Of a DNA stretch of 64,000 nucleotides, positions 12,436 through 25,200 are shown one piece after another. A program made the translations under genes and the position numbers. Position 1 is the first letter of the stretch. Each line of letters opens with the position of its first letter. The notes below the pieces were generated by a model. That model had not been told where the DNA came from. It saw only the letters and a list, made by a program, of their open reading frames with translations, and ran no database searches. The stretch covers positions 81,902,001-81,966,000 of the forward strand of contig CM060731.1 in NCBI GenBank assembly GCA_030704615.1, in the 5' to 3' direction. The stretch is from Takakia lepidozioides (taxonomy: Eukaryota; Plantae; Bryophyta).

Positions 12436-12697
12436 TCATCATTTTTCTTTATTTAGGAAAATGATATTTCCTCTGATTATTCTTGACAAAGCAGATTACG
12501 GCCTTTCTTCTCTCTAAGAAAGATAATGTAACTGCCATTTCTATACATAACCTGATGCTTACTTTACCTGATGCAGTGAAGTAAGGACTGGCATTGGTTG
12601 TTCATATATTTTTGCATCTTATAAGGGTTATTTGTGACAGGATTATCTTTAATCCTGGTGCTGCAGTATATCATCATTTTTCTTTATTTAGAAAAAA
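12436..12697. repeat. ~235-bp tandem unit; the second copy is split by two rolling-circle elements and a SINE
   Basis: The unit tcatcatttttctttatttag..tgatatttcctctg..gacaa..gcctttcttctctctaagaaag reappears in pieces at 12671-12697, 20037-20064, 26518-26546 and 26731 onward. Confidence 0.85.
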
Positions 12698-13272
12698 TTC
12701 TAGCGACGACCGAAGGTCGGAAGCTAGTTTAGCGTAGAGCAGGAATAGGGTGCCATAGTGCCACGTCATCGTAACCAGGTCATCGTAGACAGGTCATCGT
12801 CGCCGTCAATTTCTTTGGAACCTGCCCGAAATGCCTGAAAAGCAGCGCGGGGAAGGGATGCCCCCGCGTCCTTGAGCGCGTCAGCTTGGTCTTACGCCGT
12901 GTTTCAATCTCTACCTGCTCAGCTACACACACAAGCAGCACACACAAGAGTCCTCTTGGGTTGATGGAGTTTACACACACAAGCAGCACACACAAGAGTC
13001 CTCTTGGTTGATGGAGTTGATGGTCGGTTAAATCCTCGATGGTCGTGACACACAGTCAAGGACAATGTGGTGAGGGCACCTTCTTCTTCGACCTGTTTCA
13101 GCCTGTTTTGCCCTCTCATCAGACTCGGCGTGAGAGACAGATTTGTGGACTTTGCTTGAGAGACATTCTTTTGGGAAGGCAGAAGAGGAGAGATACAATC
13201 TCCTGCTCTCAGATACTGTTTTAGAAGTAACAAACTATTGTGCCAATGATGGGTGTGGAGGATTTTTTTTAA

Positions 13273-13493
13273 ATGGAAAAAGTGAGGGATAGCTTGATGG
13301 AACAGATTGGGCAGGAGCCAACATTAGCTTAATGGCATCGAGCAACAAGCATGGAGCAACATGCTTTTGAAGCAAGGCTTAGGGAAGGCCAGTTTTAATG
13401 CAAAGACAAAATGGTCAACTCCAATTTGCGTTTGGTTGTCTCAATAGCTAAGATTACCAAGGGCGTGGCATGACTTTCCAAGATCTCATTCAG
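13273..13493 (+). pseudogene. Captured exon of a plastid RNA polymerase sigma factor (regions 2.1-2.2)
   Basis: GQEPTLA*W...[31 protein letters not shown] followed by a GT donor; contains a stop and frameshifts. Confidence 0.85.
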
Positions 13494-13699
13494 GTCAGAT
13501 TGTGGGCACCTCTTCCTTGACAAATTAAATTGTCTCCCTGTCTGTAATGCGTAGGCCCGTCTCCATTCCACGATTATTTCCCATTCCAGCTTTGATCAAC
13601 CCTGCATGGAGGCCCTTGCCCTGTTCGAAGGCTATTGGGGTAGTACATGTGTTCACTTGTCATTTGCTCAGCCATTCATGTACACATTTGGCAACCAAC

Positions 13700-14655
13700 A
13701 AGGTCTCGTCAAAGCTGGAATTGTACCAGTTGTCATTCTGAACACTGCCCTGGTGGACATGTATACCAAATGTAGGTGCATTAAGGATGCAAAGGGAGTT
13801 TTCAACACTATGGCTGAACGAGATGTGGTGTCATGGAACGCGATGCTTGTAGGGTATGCACAACAGGGACGTGGTATGGAGGCTTTGAAGACCTATGATC
13901 AAATGATGGGGGAAGGGGTGAATGCGATGATTGCAGGATTAACACAGCAAGGGCATGGTGAGGAGTTTCAAACTTTTTCAGCAAATGCAATGAGAAGGTA
14001 TGGAGCCAAACGAAATCACCTTCATGAGCATCAAAGTGGGAACTGCCCTTGTCAGCATGTATTGCAAATGCGGGAGTGTGGTGGATGCTCAACAAGTGTT
14101 CATCAAAATGTCCAAACGAAATGTGGTCTCATGGAATGCAATGATTGCGGGACTTCCTCAACATGGTCATGATGATGAGGCAATTGAACGCTTTGGGCAA
14201 ATGCAACAAGAGGGCATGAAACCAAACATGAGCATGTGTGTAAGCATTCTAAATGCATGTGGCAGTCCAATAGCCCTAGAACATGGAAAGCTCCATGCAG
14301 GCATTATCAAATCTGGATTTGATTCAGATGTCCAAGTGGGGACTACCCTTGTCAGCATGTATTGCAAGTGTGCCAGTGTGCTCAGTGCACGCCAATTTTT
14401 GACAAGCTGCATGTGCGAGATGTGGTCTCATGGAATGCTATAATTGCAGGATTAGCTCGGCATGGTCAAGATGAGGAGGCTTTTGAACTCTTTGGGCATG
14501 CCAAATGTGGGAGCATTGAGGATGCAGAGGGAGTGTTCAACAATATGGTTGAACGAGATTTGGTGTCCTGGAACGCCATGCTTGCAGGATATGCACAGCA
14601 GGGGAGCGGGATGGAGGCCTTGGAGACCTATGAGCAAATGATGGGGGAAGGGTGT
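13700..14655 (+). pseudogene. PLS-class PPR motif fragments
   Basis: NTALVDMYTKC, RDVVSWNAML and VGTALVSMYCKCGS motifs with frameshifts. Confidence 0.9.
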
Positions 14656-14749
14656 GGCTTTTTCTTAATGTACGATCTGAAGAAGTTTGTCCATCCTGCA
14701 AAGGTGGGCTCTTGGCTCCTGTCAGTACCATGATTTGGTATTCTTCTTG

Positions 14750-17700
14750 ATGTTTCTGTGGATCAATAGCTACAAGAAACCTGCATGGGCAGATGTTAAC
14801 TAAAGGCTGCAGCTGCAGCGGCACAGTTGATAAAATCAGGCACCTCAACCATGACCACAACTTCTGAAAGAGGATTAAGAGAGGATCCACAATGCCTCTT
14901 CTGGCACTTCTGGGCATGTGAAGATGCTTTGTGCGACAGGTAGACTGACAGAGGCTCTACAGACTTTAAACCAAGGAGGCATTTCAGCAGATTCAAATAC
15001 ATATGTCTGTTTCTTGCTTAAGTGCATCAGGATGGAAGGTCTGGAAGCTGGAAAGTAGATGCACACTCACATTATCCAAAGTGGATTCACGCCAAATATT
15101 TTTCTACTCAACACCCTTGTCGACATGCATGTTAAGTGCGGGAGCATCATGGATGCTCACCAAGTGTTCAACAGAATGCCTCAACGATCTTTGATCACGT
15201 GGAACACGATGCTTGCAGGGTATGCACAGCAGGGGCGTGGTATGGAGGCCTTGGAGACCTATGATCAAATGGGGGAAGGGGTGAAGCCCGACCACATCAC
15301 ATTTGTGTGCCTTTGCAATGCATGTGCAAGCCTGGCAGCTCTGGAAAAGGGTGAAGATCAGGTCCATGGCGACATTGTTAGAGCTGCAATTGTACCAAGT
15401 GTCATTCTGAACAATACCCTCGTGGACATGTATGAAGGGAGTTTTCGACAGTATGGCTGAATGAGAGTGGTGTCGTGGAGGGTGATGATTGCAGGATATG
15501 CACAGCAAGGGGGCGGGATGGAGGCTTCGGAGACCTATGAGATATTGATGTGCGAAGAGGTGAAGCCCCACCGCATAACGTTTGTTTGCATTTGCAATGC
15601 GTGTGCAAGCCTGGCAGCCCTGGAAAGGTGCAAAGAGGTCCATGGTGACATCGTCAAAGCTGGATTTGTACCAGATGTCATCCTGAACACTGCCCTGCTG
15701 GACATGTATGTCAAATGTGAGTGCATCGAGGATGCAAAGGGAGTGTTCGACAGTATGGCTGAACGAAATGTGGTGTCGTGGAGTGTGATGATTGCAGGAT
15801 ATGCACTGCAAGGGGTGGGATGGAGGCTTTGGAGACCTATGAGCAATTGATGTGCGAAGGGGTGAAGCCCGACAACATCACATTTGTTTGTGTTTGCAAT
15901 GCGTGTGCAAACCTGGGAGCTCTGGAAAAGGGGAAAGAGGTCGATGGTGACATCGTCAAAGCTGGATTTGTACCAAATGTCATCCTGAACACTGCCTTGG
16001 TGGACATGTATGCCAAATGTGGGTGCATTAAGGATGCGAAGGGAGTTTTCAACACTATGGCTGAACAAGATGTGGTGTCGTGGAACGCGATGCTTGCAGG
16101 GTATGCACACCAGGGGCGTGGGTCGATGGAGGCTTTGGAGACCTATGAGCAAATGATTGGGGAATTGTACCCGATGTCATTCTGAACACTGCCCTGCTGG
16201 ACATGTATGTCAAATGTGAGTGCATCGAGGATGCAAAGGGAGTGTTCGACAGTATGGCTGAATGAGATATGGTGTCGTGGAGTGCGATGATTGCAGGATA
16301 TGCACAGCAAGGATGCGGGATGGAGGCTTTGGAGACCTATGAGCAATTGATGTGCAAAGGGGTGAAGCCCAACCGCAACACATTTGTTTGTGTTTGCAAT
16401 GCGTGTGCAAGCCTAGGAGCTCTGGAAAAGGGGAAAGAGGTCCATGGTGACATCGTCAAAGCTGGATTTGTACCAGATGTCATCCTGAACACTGCCCTGG
16501 TGGACATGTATGCCAAATGTGGGTGCATGAAGGATGCGAAGGGAGTTTTCAAATGGCTGAACAAGATGTGGTGTCGTGGAACGCGATGCTTGCAGGGTAT
16601 ACACAGCAGGGGCGTGGGATGGAGGCTTTGGAGACCTATGAGCAAATGATGGGGAAGGGTGAAGCCCGACCACATCACGTTTGTGTGCATTGCAATGCGT
16701 GTGCAAGCCTGGCAGCCCTGGAAAAGGGCAAAGAGGTGCATGGTTGCATCGCCAAAGCTGGAACTGTACCAGGTGTGATCAAACTGCCCTGGTGGACTGT
16801 ATGCCAAATGTGGGAGCATTGAGGATGCAGAGGGAGTGTTCAACAATATGGCTGAACGAGATTTGTTGTCGTGGAACGTGATGCTTGCAGTATATGCACA
16901 GCAGGGCGTGGGATGGAGGACTTGGAGACCTATGAGCAAATGATGGGGGAAGGGGTGAAGCGCGACCACATCATGTTTGTGTGCGTTTGCAGTGCGTGTG
17001 AAAGCCTGGCAGCCCTGGAAAAGGGCAAAGAGGTGCATGGTTGCATCGCCAAAGCTAGAATTGTACAGATGTGATTCTGAACAATACCCTCGTGGACATG
17101 TATGCCAAATGTGGGAGCATTGAGGATGCGGAGGGAGTGTTCAAGAATATGGCTGAACGAGATTTGGTGTCATGGAACGCCATGCTTGCAGGGTATGCAC
17201 AGCAGGGGCGCAGGATGGAGGCCTTGGATCAGACCTATGAGCAAATGATGGGGGAAGGGGTGAAATGCAACCACATCACGTTTGTGAGCGTTTGCAATGC
17301 TTGTGCAAGCCTGGCAGCCCTGGAAAAAGGGCAAAGAGGTCCATGATGGGGGAAGGGGGGAAGCCCGACCGCATCACGTTTGTGTGCATTTGTAATGCGT
17401 GTGCAAGCCACATTCATTTGTGTTCTCAATGTTGGTGCCAGCATGGTGGCCCTGGAGAAGGGCAAAGACATCATCCATGCTGACATTATCAAAGCTGGAA
17501 TTTCGTCATACATTAATTGGGAAACTGCCCTTGTTAACATGTATGCCAAATATGGGAGTGTAAGGGAGGCCTGTCTAGTGTTCAACACATATGGTGGCAG
17601 GATATACCAAGCATGGTTGTGGTAGGAATGCCTTTCGAGACATATGATCAACTGATACAGCAAGGGGTGATGCCCTATCAGGTCACAGTTGTTTGCATTC

Positions 17701-19531
17701 TCAAGGCTCGTGCGAGACTGGCAGCCCTGGAAAACGGCAAAGAGGTCCATGCTGACATATGAAAGCTGGAGTCGTACCAAATCTGATTTTGAACAATAGC
17801 CTTGTTGACATGTATGCGAAATGCGGGAGCATGAAGGTTGCAAAGAGAGTATTTGACAACATGGCTGAACGGGATGTGGTGTCGTGGAATGCGATGATCA
17901 CAGGATATACCCAGCATGGGTGTGGGATGGAGGCTTTGGGGACCTATGAGCAAAAGATGCGGAAGCATTCAACAGAATGCCTCAACAATCTTGATCACGT
18001 GGAATATAATGTTGGCAGGATTTACCAAGCATGGGTGTGGGATGGAGGCTTTGGGGACCTATGAGCAAAAGATGCGGAAGCATTCAACAGAATGCCTCAA
18101 CAATCTTGATCACGTGGAATATAATGTTGGCAGGATTTACCAAGCATGGGTGTGGTAGGAATGCTTTTGAGACCTATGAGCAGATTCTGCGCAAAGGGGT
18201 GAAGCCCAACCACATCAGATTTGTTTGTGTTTGCAATGCGTGTGCAAGCCTGGCAGCCCTGGAAAAGGGCAAAGAGGTGCATGGTTGCATCGCCAAAGCT
18301 GGAATTGTACCTGATGTGATTCTGAACAATACCCTCGTAGACATGTATGCCGAATGTGGGAGCATTGAGGATGTGGAGGGAGTGTTCAACAATATGGCTG
18401 AACGAGATTTGTTGTCATGGAACGCCATGCTTGTAGGATATGCACAGTAGGGGTGCGGGATGGAGGCCTGGGGAGGGGTGAAGCCCGACCACATCACGTT
18501 TGTGTGCGTTTGCAATGCGTGTGCAAGCCTGCAGCCCTGGAAAAGGGCAAAGAGGTTCATGGTGACATCATCAAAGCTGGAATTGTACCAAATGTCATTC
18601 TGGACATTGCCCTGGTTCACTTGTATGCGAAATGTGAGTGCAATGAGGATGCAAAGGGAGTATTTGACAATATGGCTGAATGAAATGTGGTGTCGTGGAA
18701 TGCGATGATCGCAAGATATGCCCAGCATGGTTGTCATAGGGAGGTCCTGCAACTATTTGAAGGAATGCAAAAGAAAGGCTTGAAGCCAGACAGTATCACC
18801 TTTATATGTGTTCTCTCTACCTGCAGCCACACTGACCTACTGAATGAAGAAGACGCTACTTCGATTCCTGAGTGAAGATCATGGTATCAATCTGACAGTA
18901 AAGCACTTTGGCTGCATGGTGGACCTTCTTGGACGTGCGGGACAACTGGATGAGGCAGTGGACCTGATTAATAAAATGCCAATCAATCCAGATGTTGTGG
19001 TGTGGAAGGCCTTGCTTGGTGCCTGCAGAATCCATGGCAATGTGGAGATGGCTGAATGTGTAGCAACATTTATCCTCAAGTGAGATGAACAGGATGCCGC
19101 GACTTATGTGGTGCTAAATCAAACATCTATGCTGCAGCTGGCAGGTGGGATGATACTGCAAAGGTGAGAAGAATGATGAAGGTCAGAGGGTTAGAAAGGA
19201 GCCAGATGACAAGTTGCATCCCAGAATTAAGAAAATCCATGCTGAGCTGAGAAGATGTCTGGGCAGTTGAAGGAGGCGGGGTATGTGCCTGACACACGCT
19301 TTTATTGCATGATGTGGAGGAAAGGAATTTTCTCTTAGCCACCACAGTGAGAAGCTGGCCATTGGTTTTGGGCTGATCAGCACGACTCATCAAGAATCTT
19401 CGAGTGTGTGGAGACTGCCACACCTCCACCAAATTCATCTCAAAGATTGTTGGCCGAGCAATTGTTGTATGGGACGCTACTACTTCCACCACTTTGAAGA
19501 TGGGATTTGTTCTTGTGGTGATTACTGGTGA
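14750..19531 (+). pseudogene. PLS-E-DYW PPR (organellar C-to-U editing factor) pseudogene 1
   Basis: N-terminal leader, many P-L-S triplets, E domain (FGCMVDLLGRAG..VVWKALLGACRIHGN), HSEKLA at 19343, [10 protein letters not shown] and CSCGDYW* ending at 19531. Numerous frameshifts and stops; PG box deleted. Confidence 0.92.
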
Positions 19532-21910
19532 AAGGATGTTTTCTTGGAAAGATGCTAGTGTCTTGCTTCATTCATTGACCTGTGTAGCTACTCAGACCAT
19601 CCACCATTTCCTGATAGTGGGGTCTACCCGGCATAGGTAGGAAGTCAGCCCACAATTGCACTTGACTGAAGGGGTGATTTTTTACTGATTCTGGTTACAG
19701 TGGATGGAAATCAGAGTGCTGTCCTAATTTTGGGTTTGGGTGGTGGAGCTTCTCCAAAGCTTGAAGATGGAAGTGAATACGAATTTTTAATGAGCTTGAT
19801 GAGAGGGGCAGCCCTGTGCACAAGTTTGTTCAGCATCTTAAATTTGGACATGTTTGTTTGTTTCTCGTGGTGTGGCTTTGGATCATATAGTGAATGTAAG
19901 GGTATTTGGGTATGTTGATATTGATTGACACGGCTTGTGAAAATTGAACATTGAAACGCAGATCCACCACTTTTCTTCCAGAAAAAAACAAAACACGGGA
20001 TCGTCGCTAGTAGTGCGGAGCAACGCGAAGCCCTAGTGATATTTCCTCTGGATATTTTTGACAATTCTAGCGACGACCGAAGGTCGGAAGCCTAGCAGGA
20101 ATAGGGTGCCATAGTGCCACATCATCATAGACACATCATCGTCGCCATGTCATCGTAGACACGTCATCGTAGCCACGTCATCGTTGTCGTCAATTTCTTT
20201 GGAATCTGCCCGGACGGCCCGCGCGAAATAGGCCAATAGAAATCGCCGCGCTAACGTTTTTGGAACTCCCCGCAATGCCCGGATCTTGATGGATCTTGAT
20301 CTTCTTGAACTGCAGGAGCTCTGCGTTTTCCGCCATCGTTCACCTTGCATGCACAGGCATGGATAGCTGAAGGAGCAAGGATCGAGTGTGGAGCTTGCAA
20401 AGATTGTGGCTCGGCTAGTCGGTACCGAGGGGAAGCGGCCCTGGACGGAGGACAGCCTGGATGAGCAGAACGGAGCTCGGGCGAATGGCCCTGAGTTGGA
20501 CCAAGTCTATCCTGGTAAGGTTTTCACTGAGACGTAGCGTCGTGATGTTAAGTAGAGCGACTTCATGTTCTGTCGTAGATGTTCTTTTACAAGACTACCT
20601 TCTTTATGTGCACTTCAGCATTGCAAGGTCTCGTGACAGTAAATCAAAACTTATGCATTCGCGTAAACGATTCTCATGCTGCTTGATATTGGTGCAAACT
20701 CTTTTCGGTTCTCTTCTTAGTCTAGTGGGGTTTGCTTTTTTTGTTCAGATGTTTGTAGCAACACCTCTCTGCCCTAAAATCTTTAGATTGTCTTTCGAGT
20801 GAAGGGAGTTATGTCATGGGTTGTCCATGACCGTGGACTGCATTCCCTTCTCCTGTGAAGCTTGATGGCTCCATGTCGGCCTCTATGGAGACTCAGTTAC
20901 TATGCCTCCATTGCGTTGGATATCAATGCGTCCACTTGAGCCAGATTACCTATGATTCGAAAAGACAACAAATGGGGAGGAATTTCTTGCAGACGGAATC
21001 TCGGAAGCTTTCACTCGTAATTGGGTGGGAAAGAAGAAAAGTGCAGCTTAGATTACACCTTACTTCCTTGTTTCAGACCCGCACAATGATTGATTTTCCA
21101 TGAGCACGAAGGGTATGTCAGGTTGTGTTCAGATGCAGAAACAAAAACTGGGTAGAATTCACCACCGGGCTTCATGGTGTGGGTGAGCAGGTGATCGTGC
21201 TACCTCGCTGCCCAGCTCTCGTCAGAGGTCCAGCTGCTCAGAAACAGCTCCATTCTGGCTGAGGAGAAGCTCGATTCATTGAAAAGGATTCATGAGCAAG
21301 AGGTAGGGCACATTTAGATTTCAAACATGGTATACATCAGATACTTCATTTGCAAATCATGTTAACAGATCCAGATACAAGGCAAGTCTCCCGATTCCAT
21401 AAGCAGTGATATATCAAGCATATATTATAACGCCATTTCTAGTTTCTGCTTTTGCCACAATTTCCCCACAGATGCCAGCTGAAGGACCAACAGCCACACT
21501 TTGATGATAGGGGTGCCTTGAGAACACCCTCATCAAGAATTGCCCAGTGATATTGTGACATGCACCACAAGTCACACACTAATTTTCATGCACACAGTTA
21601 ATGTACACTTTAGACTGTGTTTGCTCTAGCTTTATATGTAACATAGAGGTCTCTTCAGTTTGATGAAGCAGGGAGAGAATTTGAGAGTCTAAGCTACCAA
21701 GTGAGGGTGTGGATACAGATGCAGATCCTTAAGGAAATGCATGCACGGGATCTTGCAGGCAAGGAAAGACACCTCACCATTCAGGTAAATGATAGACCCA
21801 CCTATTGTGTACCTTATGACTAATAACTGAACTTTGTAATCCATCCACTCCAAATGTAATCTTATTGTAATTCCTGAGTAACAGGGATCCGGAGATGCTG
21901 CAATGTGTAG

Positions 21911-22060
21911 GATGGTGGGGAGGTTTTTTTCAGGATTAAGACCACAGCCACTCTTCGAAAGCTGATGCATGCATACTGCGACCGTCGATCAGTGGATCCC
22001 AGCTCTATTGCCTTCCTTTTCGATGGCAGACACTTTCGCGCTGAGCAGACCCCTGCCGAG
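21911..22060 (+). pseudogene. Captured SUMO internal exon
   Basis: AG|[50 protein letters not shown]|GT, 150 nt; flanking SUMO exons not seen. Confidence 0.9.
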
Positions 22061-22239
22061 GTTATTCTCGCTCATTTTTCTTCTGTGTTCTTCCAAAGCT
22101 GACAGGATTCTCATTGAGCTGCTAAAAGTGGTATATGTGTAAGCTTATTATGTAGGGCAATCTTTGAAATGTCTGTGGTCTTGCCAAAAGTGGCTGTTAG
22201 GGCTGCTGTTTGGATTGAACCTGTGATGGGTATATGACA

Positions 22240-25200
22240 ACAGATTACCTATGATTCCCTATGGAATGATAGGTACAAGAAACCTGCATGGGTAGATGGT
22301 CAACTGGAAGCCGCAGCAGCAGCGGCACAATTGATAAATTCAGGCGCTGCTAATGAAGGCACCTTCTTCAACACATTTCACCATGTTTTCCCTCTTATCA
22401 GAATCGGCCCTAAATTTTCATGTTGAATTCTGCAAGTTAGCTGGTTGAGTGAACCTTTGATAGTTTGGAGTGACTTTGACATGATACTGCCAATGTGACA
22501 ACAGGGAAGTATCCAGAAACAGGTAATACAATCGAGGCAAAAAGGTGAATGCTTGTTGGAGAGAGTAGCAGATGCAATTGAGCATAGGAACTAATGTGAT
22601 AAGTTGAGTTGGGTGTTTCCTAGAACAGATCTAGGCTGTCATTGTCAGCTGATAGCAGGCATGGATAGCTGAAGGAGGCAGGGATAGTGTGTGGGTGGAC
22701 AGATTCATTCAAGAGGGACGGACTTCAAGCTCCAGATGACCTATGATTCCATATGGATCAATAGCTACAATAAACCTGCATGGGTAGATGGTCAACTAAA
22801 GGCAGCAGCTGCAGCGGCACAGTTCATAGAATCAGGCACCTAAACCATGACCACAGCTTGTGAAAGAGGATCAAGAGAGGGAGTCCACAATGCCTCTTCT
22901 GGCACTTCTGGGTATGTGAAGATGCTTTGAGTGGCAGGCAGACTGACAGAGGCTCTACAGACTCTAAACCAAGGAGGCATTTCGGCAGATTCAGATACGT
23001 ATGTCTGTCTCTTGCTTAAGTGCATCAAGATGGAAGGTCTGGAAGCTGGAAAGCAGGTGCACACTCACATTATCCAAAGTGGATTCACGCCAAATGTTTT
23101 TCTACTCAACACCCTTGTCAAAACATGTATGTTAACTGCGGGAGCATCATGGATGCTCACCAAGTGTTCAACAAAATGCCTCAACAATCTTTGATCACGT
23201 GGAATATAATGTTGGCAGGATTTACCAAGCATGGGTGTGGGTAGGATTAATGCTTTGGAGACCTATGAGCAAATGTTGCGCGAAGGGGTGAAGCCCAACC
23301 ACATCACGTTTGTGTGCATTTGCAAATTCGTATGCAAGCCTGGCAGCTCTGGAAAAGGGCAAAGAGGTCCATGGCGACATTGTCAGAGCTGTAATTGTAC
23401 CAAATGTCATTATGAACAATACCCTCGTGGACATGTATGAAGGGAGTGTTCGACAGTATGGCTGAACGAGATATGGTGTCGTGGAGTGCGATGATTGCAG
23501 GATATGCACAGCAAGGGCGCGGGAGCTGAAGGAGCAGGGAACACTGAACACTGCTCTGGTGGACATGTATGCCAAATGAGGAGCATTGAGGATGTGGTGT
23601 TCAACTATGGTGTGGTGTCGTGGAACACGATGCTTGCAGGGTATGCACATCAGAGGCGCGGGATGGAGGCTTTGGAGACCTCTGAGCAAATGATGGGGGA
23701 AGGGGTGAAGCCCGACCACATCACGTTTGTGTGTGTTTGCAGTGCGTGTGCAAGCAGGTGGCAGCCCTGGAAAAAGGCAAAGAGGTGCATGGTTGCATCG
23801 CCAAAGCTGGAATTGTACCAGATGTGATTATGGACAATAGCCAGTAGGCAGACTGACAGAGGCTCTACAGACTTTAAACCCAAGGAGGCATTTCAGCAGA
23901 TTGAGATGCGTATGTCTGTCTCTTGCTTAAGTGCATCAAGATGGAAGTCTGGAAGCTGGAAAGCAGGTGCACACACATTATCCTAAGTTGCTCAATTTGT
24001 ATGGTGTTCAACTGCTGCGGGCATTAACTTCGTAGTTTTGTAGCGACTGTTCCCACTGATAGTCAGGTGCCCGAGGCTCTGCATTCTAGTGAAAATATAC
24101 ATCTAATGTGCCCCATTTTTCAAATATGAAGATTTCCAGAGTTCCCATGGGGTTAAGGCTTCATGAAGGCACTGCTAATGAAGGCACCTTCTTCAACACA
24201 TTTCGCCCTGTTTTTCCCTCTAATCAGAATCGGCCTTAAATTTCCATGTTGAATTCTGCGAGTTAGCTGGTTGAGTGAATCTAGTTTGCAGTGACTTTGA
24301 CATGATACTGCCAATGTGACAACAGGAAACTATCCAAAAACAGGTAACAGAGATGAGAGAAGCTGTGGAATGAATACTTCTCTGACCCCAGTCAATGGTG
24401 GGACAACCAAAGTAAAAAGTGAATGCCTGTCAGATTACCAGATGTGATTCTGAACACTGCCCTGGTGGAAATGTATGTCAAATGTGAGTGCATCGAGGAT
24501 GCAAAGGGAGTGTTCGACAGTATGGCTGAACGAAATGTGGTGTCGTGGAGTGTGATGATTGCAGGATATGCACTGCAAGGGGTGGGATGGAGGCTTTGGA
24601 GACCTACGAGCAAATGATGTGCGAAGGGGTGAAGCCCAACCACATAACATTTTTGTTTTTGCTTGCAATGCGTGTGCAAGCCTGGGAGCTCTGGAAAAGG
24701 GGAAAGATGTCCATGGTGACATCGTCAAAGCTGGAATTGTATGCACGGATGGAGGCTTTGGAGACCTATGAGCAAATGATGTGCGAAGGGGTGAAGCCCA
24801 ACCCCATAACGTTTGTTTTTGTTTGCAATGCGTGTGCAAGCCTGGGAGCTCTGGAAAAGGGGAAAGAGGTCCATGGTGACATCGTCACAGCTGGAATTGT
24901 ACCAGATGTCATCCTGAACACTACCCTGGTGGACATGTGTGCACGGGATGGAGGCTGGGAGACCTATGAGCAAATGATGTGCGAAGGGGTGAAGCCCAAC
25001 CCCATAACGTTTGTTTTTGTTTGCAATGCGTGTGCAAGCCTGGGAGCTCTGGAAAAGGGGAAAGAGGTCCATGGTGACATCGTCAAAGCTGGAATTGTAA
25101 CAGATGTCATCCTCAACACTGCCCTGGTAGACATGTATGCAAAATGTGCGTGCATTGAGGCTGGACTTGAGGGGGATGTCCATGTGGGGACTGCCCTTGT

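Larger units (their letters stand above)
12698..20036 (+). mobile_element. Non-autonomous Helitron/Helentron-like element 1 carrying a PPR-DYW gene and a sigma-factor exon
   Basis: 5' TTCTAGCGACGACCGAAGGTCGGAAGCTAG hairpin plus (gtcatcgt)n. 3' inverted copy TCGTCGCTAG (20001-20010), hairpin GCGGAGCAACGCGAAGC and CTAG|T terminus. No TSD; flanks rejoin to match the adjacent repeat unit. Confidence 0.8.

Noticed and set aside
15104-18752. Long minus-strand ORFs over the PPR arrays
   Set aside because: They are antisense shadows of repetitive PPR coding sequence.
19300-19531. U-to-C (DYW:KP-type) editing domain
   Set aside because: HSEKLA with a terminal DYW, and a PG box in the paralog, fit the canonical C-to-U type.
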